Shown here: positions 29,876 through 38,391 of the stretch, one piece after another | How positions within the stretch are numbered: position 1 is the first letter of the stretch | Layout: every line of letters begins with the position of its first letter | Origin: an uncultured bacterium | GTDB taxonomy: Bacteria; Abyssobacteria; SURF-5 | NCBI GenBank assembly: GCA_964607485.1 | Contig: CAZSKP010000003.1 | Span: 96,001 to 160,000 of the forward strand | Length of the DNA: 64,000 nt | Reading direction: 5' to 3' | Notes under the pieces: generated by a model | Seen by the model: only the letters and a program-made list of their open reading frames with translations | What the model was told of the DNA's origin: nothing | Databases searched by the model: none | Made by a program: the position numbers and the translations under genes

Positions 29876-30925
29876 ATGGAGCTACTGGGAAATGCCGTTG
29901 CGACGGGTATCGGCACGGTTCCGCACACCGACGCCGTCCAGGCGACAAAACTGATTTTCGAACATTTCGTCGATATCCCTTTCTGGCCGCAGTTGAACCG
30001 CAGGCGCTTCGTCGAGCAGATGCTCGTGCAGTTCACCGAACGCATGCCCGGAATACACGTCGACGAGGCCGCGAGAGCTATCCGCTTCTCGACTCCCTCG
30101 CCCGAAGCCCAGGCCGAATTCTACGAGAACTATTTGGCTGCCAACCTCGAATTTGCTCGTATATCGCCCGAGTATGCGGCGGGCCTGCACGCCTTCGTCG
30201 AAACCCTGCAATCAAAAGAGAGGGCCGTGCCCCCGTTCGCCAAGGGCCATGTCGTCGGGCCGATAACGTTCGGCCTGAGCGTGTTGAACGAGGCCGAACG
30301 CGGGCTGATATACGACGAGATCGCCGCCGACATTGCGGTAAAATGTCTCGAGATGAAAGCGCGCTGGCAGGCCGAGCTTTTCAGGCGCATCGGCCCGACT
30401 CCTATAATCATTGTCGACGAGCCTTATCTCTCGAATTACGGCTCTCCATTCATCAGCCTGACTCGCGAGCGCGTAATCGGGATTCTGAACGACCTCATCC
30501 GCCCGGTCAAGCAAGCCGGCACAAAGGTCGGCATACACTGCTGCGGCAATACCGACTGGTCGATGCTCCTCGAGACCGACGCCGACATCGTGAGCTTCGA
30601 CGCCGACGGATACTTCGACGGGTTCGCATGCTACGACGCGGACCTCGCGAAGTTTCTCGAACGCGGCGGCTTGGTGGCGTGGGGCATCGTGCCCACGATC
30701 GCGTTCACGGGCTCGGAGACCGTTGCCGGCCTTGCCGACAAACTCGAGGGCCAGATAAAGACCCTCTCGTCGAAAGGGATCGACGAAGAACTCCTGTGGA
30801 GACAGTCGCTGGTCACTCCAAGCTGCGGCGTCGGCCCGATCCCCGAAGAGAAGAAGGCGGAACGGATTCTCACGCTGGCCTCCCGGGTCTCGCGCGAGAT
30901 ACGCGAGCGGAGAAAATATATATGA
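29876..30925 (+). CDS. Core (folate-independent, MesB-like) methionine synthase: MetE catalytic domain only
   Basis: ~350 aa; 'PFWPQL..R..EQM', 'IVDEP', Zn ligands in 'GIHCCG' and 'VTPSCG'. Confidence 0.8.
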   Translation: MELLGNAVATGIGTVPHTDAVQATKLIFEHFVDIPFWPQLNRRRFVEQMLVQFTERMPGIHVDEAARAIRFSTPSPEAQAEFYENYLAANLEFARISPEYAAGLHAFVETLQSKERAVPPFAKGHVVGPITFGLSVLNEAERGLIYDEIAADIAVKCLEMKARWQAELFRRIGPTPIIIVDEPYLSNYGSPFISLTRERVIGILNDLIRPVKQAGTKVGIHCCGNTDWSMLLETDADIVSFDADGYFDGFACYDADLAKFLERGGLVAWGIVPTIAFTGSETVAGLADKLEGQIKTLSSKGIDEELLWRQSLVTPSCGVGPIPEEKKAERILTLASRVSREIRERRKYI

Positions 30926-31845
30926 GACTGCGAAGGCTCGTTCGCTGCGCGCTGCTCATTATTCTGCTTTGGTCGCTCACCTCATGCGCGAAGCGGGCGA
31001 ACGAGCCGGCCGAGCCGGCCCCGGAAGCCACTGCCGAAAAGAAGTATCCGGCCCGCATCGTCTCGATGGCGCCCAGCATCACCGAGGTGGTCTTCGCGCT
31101 GGGGCTCGGCGACAGGGTCGTTGGTGTCACCGACTACTGCGACTATCCGCCCGAGGCGCGGGAAAAACCCTCGATAGGCGGCGTCAACAATCCCAACATG
31201 GAGGCCATCGTCGCGCTCAACTCCGACCTCGTCATCGCGCTTCCGATCGCCAGTCATCAGGGCCTGTTCCGGTCGCTCAATCAGCTCGGCATCAAGGTGC
31301 TCACGCTCCCGAACGATACGCTCGAAGATTTGTTCAACACCATCCGCACAATCGGCAAAGAGACCTCGACACAGGAAGCCGCTGAGGAGTTGGTCGGCCG
31401 TCTGCAGGCGAAATTTTCGGAGATAAGCGAGAAGGTTGCAAAGAGCCCTCGGAGAAAAGTCATGTTCGTCGTGGGCGAGGACCCCCTGTTTGTCGCTGGC
31501 GGAGGCACGTTCATCGACGAGCTCATCACCATCGCTGGCGGAACCAACATCGCGGGCGACAGCCTGTCGAAATATCCCCGGCTGAGCATTGAGGAGGTTG
31601 TCTCGAGGGCGCCCGAGGTGATATTGTACACATCGTTCAACTACGAGTTGACTCCGCAGAGAGAGGCGCGGGCGAAGGAGCTGTGGAGCGCATATCCGTC
31701 GCTTCCCGCCGTCAGGGAAGGGCGAATATACGGGCTGGTGGCCGACGACGTCACGCTTCCCGGCCCCAGGCTGGTGCTTGGGGTCGAGGAGATGGCCCGC
31801 GCGATTCATCCCGAAGTGTTCGAGCGAGAGGAACCTGCACAGTGA
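30922..31845 (+). CDS. btuF: Cobalamin ABC transporter substrate-binding lipoprotein (BtuF-like)
   Basis: Lipobox 'LTSC'; '[17 protein letters not shown]', '[10 protein letters not shown]', 'PGPRL'. Confidence 0.8.
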   Translation: MRLRRLVRCALLIILLWSLTSCAKRANEPAEPAPEATAEKKYPARIVSMAPSITEVVFALGLGDRVVGVTDYCDYPPEAREKPSIGGVNNPNMEAIVALNSDLVIALPIASHQGLFRSLNQLGIKVLTLPNDTLEDLFNTIRTIGKETSTQEAAEELVGRLQAKFSEISEKVAKSPRRKVMFVVGEDPLFVAGGGTFIDELITIAGGTNIAGDSLSKYPRLSIEEVVSRAPEVILYTSFNYELTPQREARAKELWSAYPSLPAVREGRIYGLVADDVTLPGPRLVLGVEEMARAIHPEVFEREEPAQ

Positions 31846-32858
31846 AGCGGCTTACCGTGAAGCGCTGGCTTTTTACGGTCGGGGTCATGGCGGTTCTGCT
31901 CTTTGTCTCGATAGTCGTCTGCTCTCTCATCGGGCCGACGCCGCTCGACCTAAAGCAGGCGTTCGACACCTCGCTCGTGCCCAATCCCCAAGCGAAGATA
32001 CTTTTCGGCATACGTCTCCCTCGCATTCTGCTCGCCAGCATCATCGGCGGCGCTCTTGCGGGCGCCGGAGTCGTGTTCCAGGCGATACTCCGCAATCCGC
32101 TCGCCGAACCCTACGTCCTGGGGGTCTCCAGCGGGGCGGCCCTGGGCGCGGCCGCTGGCATTCTGATGAACGCGCAGTATAATATACTGGGTTTCAATGC
32201 GATAAGCATCTGCGCTTTTGCGGGAGCGCTCTTAACGATATTCTTCGTGTACGGGATTGCTCAGAGCTACGGGCGCGTCATCACTCATTCCCTGTTGCTC
32301 ACGGGCGTGATCATAAATTACGTATTCGCCGCGATCATCATGCTGATAACGTCTCTTGTGGATTTCAACAAGATGGGCGACATCGTCTTCTGGTTGATGG
32401 GCAACCTCGGCAAGATAGAGTACAGCTATTCCACGATTCTGACCTCCTGCGCATATGTCGTGATTGGTTCGGCGGTGTTGCTGAGGTATTCCCGCGACCT
32501 GAACCTGCTCAGCCTCGGTGAGGCGTCGGCCAGCCAGTTGGGTGTGGAGGTCGAAAAGCTCAAGAAGATAGCTTTCGTCGCAACCTCTCTGATAACGGCC
32601 GGAGCGGTGGCCGAGGGTGGTCCGATAGGGTTCGTTGGACTGATAATACCCCACGCGATGCGGATGCTGTTCGGTCCCGACCACAGGCTGCTGTTCCCCG
32701 CGGCCTTTCTCGGAGGCGCAATCTTCCTGATCGTCTCCGACACGGTCGCACGAGTCGGCGTGCTGGGAAGCGAAATACCGGTCGGGGTCATCACCGCTCT
32801 TTGCGGCGGCCCTCTGTTCATTTTCCTGTTACGCAGGCAAATAAAGAAGACGGGGTGA
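31842..32858 (+). CDS. btuC: FecCD/BtuC-family ABC permease
   Basis: 'IRLPRI', 'FQAILRNPLAEPYVLGVSSGA', 'GPIGFVGLIIPH', 'EIPVG'; GTG overlaps btuF stop. Confidence 0.85.
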   Translation: MKRLTVKRWLFTVGVMAVLLFVSIVVCSLIGPTPLDLKQAFDTSLVPNPQAKILFGIRLPRILLASIIGGALAGAGVVFQAILRNPLAEPYVLGVSSGAALGAAAGILMNAQYNILGFNAISICAFAGALLTIFFVYGIAQSYGRVITHSLLLTGVIINYVFAAIIMLITSLVDFNKMGDIVFWLMGNLGKIEYSYSTILTSCAYVVIGSAVLLRYSRDLNLLSLGEASASQLGVEVEKLKKIAFVATSLITAGAVAEGGPIGFVGLIIPHAMRMLFGPDHRLLFPAAFLGGAIFLIVSDTVARVGVLGSEIPVGVITALCGGPLFIFLLRRQIKKTG

Positions 32859-33967
32859 TACACGTGACAGCAGCATTATCCGACATACTCATTGCGATGG
32901 AACAACTAGCGCCGTCGTGGATGGCGACCGAGGGCGACAACATTGGGCTGCAGACGCCGTGCGCTGCGAGCGTGGACAAGATACTGCTCTCGCTCGACGT
33001 CACCGTGCGTGTCGTGAGCGAGGCGAAGAGGCGGCGCGCCGGTCTCATCATAGCGCACCATCCCGTCATCTATCGGAAGCTGGGCAAAATAACGGGGACC
33101 GACCTGTCGGAACGAGTGGTAATGGCAAGCATCCGGAACGAAATCGGCATCTTTATAGCTCACACCAACCTTGACTGCGCGCCTGGGGGCGTGACCGACG
33201 TGCTCGCCCACCGTCTCGCGCTCCAGAACGTGCGATTGCTCGAGCCTTCGCACGAGGAAAACAACTGTAAGGTGGCCGTCTTTGTTCCCGAAGACCACGT
33301 TGACAAGGTACGAGCCGCCATGAGCGAAGCCGGCGCGGGCAGAATCGGCGAGTACTCCTCCTGCAGTTTCCAGACGCCGGGAACCGGCACATTCATGCCT
33401 TCAAAAGAAGCGAGTCCTTATTCCGGAGAGGTCGGCAAGCTCAACAAGGAGCCCGAATTGCGGCTCGAGATGCTCGTCCCCGAAGGCCTGTTGAGCGACG
33501 TCGTCGCGGCGATGAAAATCGCGCACCCTTACGAGGAGGTCGCATACGACGTGTACCGGCTTGCCCATTCGGGCCGTCGTTTCGGCATGGGCCGGATCGG
33601 TGAGCTTCCCGAGGCCGTCCCGTTCAAGGACTATGTCGAGTTGGTCAAGAGGAGGCTGGGAATCAAGCGGGCCAAGGTCGTCGGCCGCGGCCAGGCAAGG
33701 ATAAGCCGCGTCGCCGCCTGCGGCGGCGGAGGCGGTAGCCTCATCCCCAGCGTCTTGGCCGCACGGGCAGACGCATTTGTGACGGGAGCGGTCAATTACC
33801 ATCAGATGCTCAGCGCCGACGCCATGGGCCTGTGTCTGGTCGAGGCCGGGCACGGAGCAACCGAACGCATCGCGCTCCCCGTGCTGGCTGAAAATCTCCA
33901 GCGCAAAGTCCCGGATGTCAAAATTATCCTGTCCCGCATGAAGACCGACCGCTCCGATTGGGTTTGA
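32855..33967 (+). CDS. Nif3-like dinuclear metal centre protein (YbgI/YqfO, with PII-like insert)
   Basis: 'DNIGLQ', 'IIAHHP', 'HTNLD', 'HPYEEVAYD', 'GHGATE'. Confidence 0.92.
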   Translation: MIHVTAALSDILIAMEQLAPSWMATEGDNIGLQTPCAASVDKILLSLDVTVRVVSEAKRRRAGLIIAHHPVIYRKLGKITGTDLSERVVMASIRNEIGIFIAHTNLDCAPGGVTDVLAHRLALQNVRLLEPSHEENNCKVAVFVPEDHVDKVRAAMSEAGAGRIGEYSSCSFQTPGTGTFMPSKEASPYSGEVGKLNKEPELRLEMLVPEGLLSDVVAAMKIAHPYEEVAYDVYRLAHSGRRFGMGRIGELPEAVPFKDYVELVKRRLGIKRAKVVGRGQARISRVAACGGGGGSLIPSVLAARADAFVTGAVNYHQMLSADAMGLCLVEAGHGATERIALPVLAENLQRKVPDVKIILSRMKTDRSDWV

Positions 33968-33971
33968 CAGA

Positions 33972-34460
33972 ATGCGGATGGTTTCGAATTCGGAGCAGTG
34001 GACCCGAAAGCTGGGCGAAACGCTCGGACGCCTGCTCCAGAGCGGCAGCGTCGTCGCCCTGATAGGCCAGCTCGGGAGCGGGAAGACGGTCTTCGCGCAG
34101 GGACTCGCGCGCGGGCTGGGTGTGGGGCCGGACGAGTACGTCTCCAGTCCCTCGTTCGCTCTGGTGAACCAGTACCGGGGCCGCGTCCCGATTTTCCACG
34201 TGGATACCTACCGCCTCCGAAACGAGCCTGAGATGGTTGCGCTCGGATACGAGGACTACTTCGATCCCAACGGCGTCACCATTATCGAGTGGGCCGACAA
34301 GGTTCGGGGGCTCCTTCCCGAGAGATATGTGGCCATCGAATTCACCATCACCGGCCCCGAAACGCGCGAGATGGAGTTAAAGCTGGTCGGCGATTGGCCC
34401 TCGCAGGCGGCGGCGGAACTGATGGACGGATTGAATAGAGAAGTGGCGGAAAGAGCGTAG
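33972..34460 (+). CDS. tsaE: t6A biosynthesis ATPase TsaE
   Basis: 'GQLGSGKTVF', 'VSSPSFALVNQY', 'HVDTYRL', 'IIEWA'. Confidence 0.95.
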   Translation: MRMVSNSEQWTRKLGETLGRLLQSGSVVALIGQLGSGKTVFAQGLARGLGVGPDEYVSSPSFALVNQYRGRVPIFHVDTYRLRNEPEMVALGYEDYFDPNGVTIIEWADKVRGLLPERYVAIEFTITGPETREMELKLVGDWPSQAAAELMDGLNREVAERA

Positions 34461-34467
34461 GCGGGCG

Positions 34468-35094
34468 ATGGGAATTCCAAAGAGGCTCCTGGAGGATTTT
34501 CGGTTGGTCGGGCGGCTCACCTGCCAGATGGGCCTGAACGGCTCGCACAGCGGCAACCTCAGCGTCCGCAGAGGCCAGAGGATGGTCATCACACGCACCT
34601 TCACGATGCTCGGGAATCTTAACGAAGACGACCTCGTCGAGGTTCCGCTTGAGGGCGAAATCGACCCAGAACTCCGCGCATCGAAAGAATCGGCGACACA
34701 CCGCGCCATCTATGCCCGCACCGGTGCGCAAGTCATTGTGCACACCCACCCGCCCGTAGCCACCACCCTTTCCCTTCTTTGGGAAAAAATCGTTCCCATC
34801 GATGTGGAGGGCGCCTATTATTTCCCCCGCGTGGATGTCGTCGCGCCGGACTACAGCGGGAGCCCCGAGGCCGTGGCGGACATTATCGCCGGGGCATTTC
34901 AAGGGTCGAGCATCGTGCTGTCTCGCGGACACGGGGCGTTCGCCGCCGGGGAATCGCTCCAGGAGGCGCTCCACTATTCGTGCGTACTCGAGAGCAGTTC
35001 GCGAATCATTTACCACATGATGACCCTCGGCAAGGACCCGCGCGCGTTCGAGAAGGACTATTTCGGCAAATGGAAGGGCGAGATGCGCGCATGA
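34468..35094 (+). CDS. Class II aldolase/adducin family protein
   Basis: 'SGNLS', 'ASKESATHRAIY', 'VHTHP', 'GHG'. Confidence 0.9.
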   Translation: MGIPKRLLEDFRLVGRLTCQMGLNGSHSGNLSVRRGQRMVITRTFTMLGNLNEDDLVEVPLEGEIDPELRASKESATHRAIYARTGAQVIVHTHPPVATTLSLLWEKIVPIDVEGAYYFPRVDVVAPDYSGSPEAVADIIAGAFQGSSIVLSRGHGAFAAGESLQEALHYSCVLESSSRIIYHMMTLGKDPRAFEKDYFGKWKGEMRA

Positions 35095-35187
35095 GGCTCC
35101 CCGTTTCCGGAACGACCGTGCACGAGGCGGAGAATCGCCGCCGTCCCTCGCCCCTGCTTGCCCTGTGGCCGGCGCGGAGCGGAAATT

Positions 35188-35215
35188 GGACTTTTTGACC
35201 AATCTCTGGTAATAT
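35188..35215 (+). promoter_or_regulatory. sigma70-type promoter upstream of the rpsU leader
   Basis: TGGACT-17 nt-TAATAT with TG extension (edges approximate by 1-2 nt). Confidence 0.5.
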
Positions 35216-35413
35216 GAAAAGACTTCGAGAGAGGCAACTATTTCGAGTAGCGAGGGGGTCGATACCTGACAAACTTGCTTATCAGCACTGCGCGGAGGCA
35301 GGCGGAAGCGCCTCGACGCACATAAAAGGGCGCTGTGCCCTCTGACACGACGGAAAACGTCCGCTTGAATGCAAGCCTTCATACTTCGTAGAAAGGGAGT
35401 GAATTGAAACCAC

Positions 35414-35566
35414 ATGGCAAGAGTCGAGGTAAACGGAGATCTTGAAAGAGCACTGAGAAAATTCAACAAGAAAGTAACCGACGAGAGAATACTCACCGAA
35501 TATAAGAAACGCGAACATTTTACCGCAAAAAAGAAGCGCAAGAAGCGGTCCAAGAAATCGAGTTAG
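35414..35566 (+). CDS. rpsU: 30S ribosomal protein bS21 (short, 50 aa; absent from ORF track)
   Basis: Translates MARVEVNGDLERALRKFNKKVTDERILTEYKKREHFTAKKKRKKRSKKSS; 'LERALRKF.KK...IL.EYKKREHF' is the bS21 signature. Confidence 0.9.
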   Translation: MARVEVNGDLERALRKFNKKVTDERILTEYKKREHFTAKKKRKKRSKKSS

Positions 35567-35623
35567 TTTCCAGGAGCGTGCCACTCAAACCTTCACGGTC
35601 AATAACGATATTGAGATGTTTTC

Positions 35624-35651
35624 GGCCCCCGGCCTCCGCCGGGGGTTTTTT
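35624..35651 (+). terminator. Intrinsic terminator after rpsU
   Basis: GCCCCCGGC-ctcc-GCCGGGGGT followed by a T run. Confidence 0.9.
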
Positions 35652-35733
35652 GTCGGTGCGGAATCTCACGCGACGCCTGTCGCTCTAACTGCGCGCTATT
35701 CACACCCCCATCCGCTCAGATGCTGGAATAACC

Positions 35734-35762
35734 TTGACTGTGGTGCATTCATGGGGTAGAAT
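35734..35762 (+). promoter_or_regulatory. sigma70 promoter of exeAB
   Basis: TTGACT-17 nt-TAGAAT. Confidence 0.7.
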
Positions 35763-35800
35763 TGTAGCAATCGGGAGCGGCCTATCGCAGGGCGAAATCA

Positions 35801-37582
35801 ATGTACGAATCCTTCTTCGGCTTCAAGGAAAAACCTTTCAACATAACTCCTGACCCCAAGTACCTGTACCTGAGCGAACAGCATCAGGAAGCCATCGCGC
35901 ATCTCCTCTACGGGATTCAGGAAAGGGGCGGCTTCGTCGTCGTCACGGGCGAGATCGGCACCGGCAAGACCACCCTCTGCAGATACCTGATCAATCAGAT
36001 GGACGACCGCACCGAGGGCGCCATCATTTTCAACCCGAACCTTTCCGAAATAGAGCTTCTCAAGTCGATAAACGAGGATTTCGGCATCATCTCCACCGGC
36101 CAGACCAAGAAGGAACTGGTGGACGAGCTGAACCAGTTCCTGCTCGAAGAGCGGCTGCGCGGCAAGAACATGGTGTTGATAATCGACGAAGCCCAGAATC
36201 TTCATCCTGCCGTTCTGGAGCAGATACGGATGCTTTCGAACCTCGAAACCGAGAAGGAGAAGCTGATACAGATAATCCTCACGGGGCAGCCACAGCTGAA
36301 GAGGCTCTTGGCCCGTCCCGAACTGCGGCAGCTCGACCAGCGCATCACCGCCCGCTATCACCTCAAACCGTTGAACCGGAAGGAAACATACGAATACATT
36401 CGGCACAGGCTCGAAGTGGCCACGAACGGCGACCACGTGGCGTTCGAGCGGGCGGCGATGAAGCAGGTGTACAGGTTTGCGAAGGGCATCCCCCGGCTCA
36501 TCAATGTCGTGTGCGACCGCGCACTGCTGGGAGCTTTTGCGGTCGGACAGGGAAGCCCGGTTCCGAAAAAGATAGTGAAACAGGCCATTCGCGAGGTCAC
36601 CGGCCCGAGGTTCCCTCTTCGAAGCAGACTCTCTTTTATCGGAACCTCGGCAAGGGCGGTCGCATATCTGTTTGTGATCATGTTTGCGCTCACGCTTGCC
36701 GCCCTCCTGGGCTGGTACGGCATTACGACTCTCGGCGCATTGCGGTCACCCGACAAGGGCGTCACTGAGGCCGAGCTGATACCGGATTTGCCCTTCGAGC
36801 GCGGCACGGAGGCCTCCGCGCTTGTGGAGTCCGCCGGGGCGGAGACACCATCGCCCGCCCTTCCGGTCGGCGCCGAACCGGCTTCCGCTGAACAGCCGGT
36901 TGTGGACGCGCCACCCCCGATGGCCCCTTACTCCGAGGAAGAAAAGAAGAAGCTGACCGAGGTGCTTCTTGCGCAGAGCTATGGACAGTCGCGTTTGAGC
37001 GCCGCGCGCAACCTTCTGTCTCTCTGGGGAGACAGCTCGGAACTGGGAGCGGAGGATGTGGTGAGTTTGTATGGTCTCGCGGTGTCGCGGCAGATGCGCT
37101 GCACGGAGCTGTGGACCAACTTCGACGGCCTGCGCTGTTCCAACGCGCCCTGCATACTGGAGATGTTTATCCCGCAGGAGTTGAGGCCAAGGTATGTGGT
37201 GCTGGCCGAACTGGGCGAGAGCGACGCGAAGATACTATCGGCCGACTCCGAGCCGCTCGTCGTGCCACTTCATCTGTTGGACGAATTCTGGCTCCGGCGC
37301 GCGTTCATTTTTTGGAAGGACTTCGAGCACCTTAACGAAATAATGAAGATGGGCGACTCGGGCGACCAGGTGGTCTGGCTTCAGGCTGGTCTCAAAACGC
37401 TCGGCCTTTACAACGGTCTGTCGAGCGGAGAATTCGACGGGCCGACCGAAGTGGCTGTTCGAGAGTTCCAGCGACAAAACAGCCTCCTGCTCGACGGGAT
37501 AGTGGGCCCGAAAACGAAACTCGCGCTCTACGCCAACCTGCCACAGTATTCTATGCCCCGGCTGAACGGCGAAAGCATATGA
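35801..37582 (+). CDS. exeA: ExeA/GspA-family AAA ATPase with TM and C-terminal peptidoglycan-binding domain
   Basis: 'MYESFFGFKEKPFNITPDP', Walker A 'GEIGTGKT', 'LIIDEAQNL', 'GQPQL', C-terminal 'FQRQNSLLLDGIVGPKT'. Confidence 0.92.
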   Translation: MYESFFGFKEKPFNITPDPKYLYLSEQHQEAIAHLLYGIQERGGFVVVTGEIGTGKTTLCRYLINQMDDRTEGAIIFNPNLSEIELLKSINEDFGIISTGQTKKELVDELNQFLLEERLRGKNMVLIIDEAQNLHPAVLEQIRMLSNLETEKEKLIQIILTGQPQLKRLLARPELRQLDQRITARYHLKPLNRKETYEYIRHRLEVATNGDHVAFERAAMKQVYRFAKGIPRLINVVCDRALLGAFAVGQGSPVPKKIVKQAIREVTGPRFPLRSRLSFIGTSARAVAYLFVIMFALTLAALLGWYGITTLGALRSPDKGVTEAELIPDLPFERGTEASALVESAGAETPSPALPVGAEPASAEQPVVDAPPPMAPYSEEEKKKLTEVLLAQSYGQSRLSAARNLLSLWGDSSELGAEDVVSLYGLAVSRQMRCTELWTNFDGLRCSNAPCILEMFIPQELRPRYVVLAELGESDAKILSADSEPLVVPLHLLDEFWLRRAFIFWKDFEHLNEIMKMGDSGDQVVWLQAGLKTLGLYNGLSSGEFDGPTEVAVREFQRQNSLLLDGIVGPKTKLALYANLPQYSMPRLNGESI

Positions 37583-38382
37583 GCATTATCCTTAAAGCAC
37601 TGAAAAGAATCCAGGAGCAGAAGGAAGAGCCGAAGCCCAGGCCGTTGGGAACCGGGCCGGAGAAAAGTTCGGAGCCTTCCGGTGCGGCCGTCTCCCCGGT
37701 GGCGCCGGCGCGAATGGACAGGAAGAAGCCCGCCGATGCCGGCGCGTTTCAGGTCCGCACGACGCGAGCCGGCCGGGGACCCTCCATTGCGCCGCAGGCC
37801 GGAGTTGAACGCCACCGGTTCGGAACTGCCCCGAAGGCGCTGCTCGGTTTGATTGTCGTCCTCGGAGTATTCACGACGGGGTGGTTTGTGAGCACCATTT
37901 ATTCCAATCTCAAGCTCGCCGCCAATACGGGGGAGGCCGGACCGCAGGCCGTGAACGTGTCGCAGCCGATGCCGCCGGAGAGCCAGCCTGTCGCCGCCGT
38001 GCCGTCTCAGGCGCCGGCCCCTGTGCCCGTCGAAACCGCTGCTGCTTCCGCTGTAATTGAAACCGCTGCCGCGGCCGTAGAGTCGCCGCCGCCGGCCACG
38101 CCTGAGCCAAAGGAAGAGCCTTCGGAAGACATTGTCTCCAGAGCAAAGCCCGTGGAGCCCGAGCCGGCGGTCCATGTCGAGAAAGAGGCAAAGCCAATAA
38201 AGAAGGGAAGGCCGGAGCTGAAGATCAACGCCATCGCGTGGAGGAGAAAAGAACCGAGGGCAATCGTCAACAAACAGCCTGTTTACGTGGGCGACGTGAT
38301 AGAGGGCGCAACCGTCCTCGCAATCCAGAAAGGACGCGTTCTGCTGGAGTACGATGGAGAGCCGTTCGAGGTTCGTTTCTGA
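37579..38382 (+). CDS. exeB: ExeB/GspB-like protein
   Basis: 'MSIILKALKR', single TM, Pro/Ala-rich linker, C-terminal 'LKINAIAW..AIVN..GDVIEGATVLAI'; follows exeA. Confidence 0.75.
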   Translation: MSIILKALKRIQEQKEEPKPRPLGTGPEKSSEPSGAAVSPVAPARMDRKKPADAGAFQVRTTRAGRGPSIAPQAGVERHRFGTAPKALLGLIVVLGVFTTGWFVSTIYSNLKLAANTGEAGPQAVNVSQPMPPESQPVAAVPSQAPAPVPVETAAASAVIETAAAAVESPPPATPEPKEEPSEDIVSRAKPVEPEPAVHVEKEAKPIKKGRPELKINAIAWRRKEPRAIVNKQPVYVGDVIEGATVLAIQKGRVLLEYDGEPFEVRF

Positions 38383-38391
38383 GGTGAGAAC

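Noticed and set aside
29575-30921. 756-aa ORF as an N-terminally extended BtuF
   Set aside because: The extension overlaps the methionine synthase in another frame; the real start with signal peptide is at 30922
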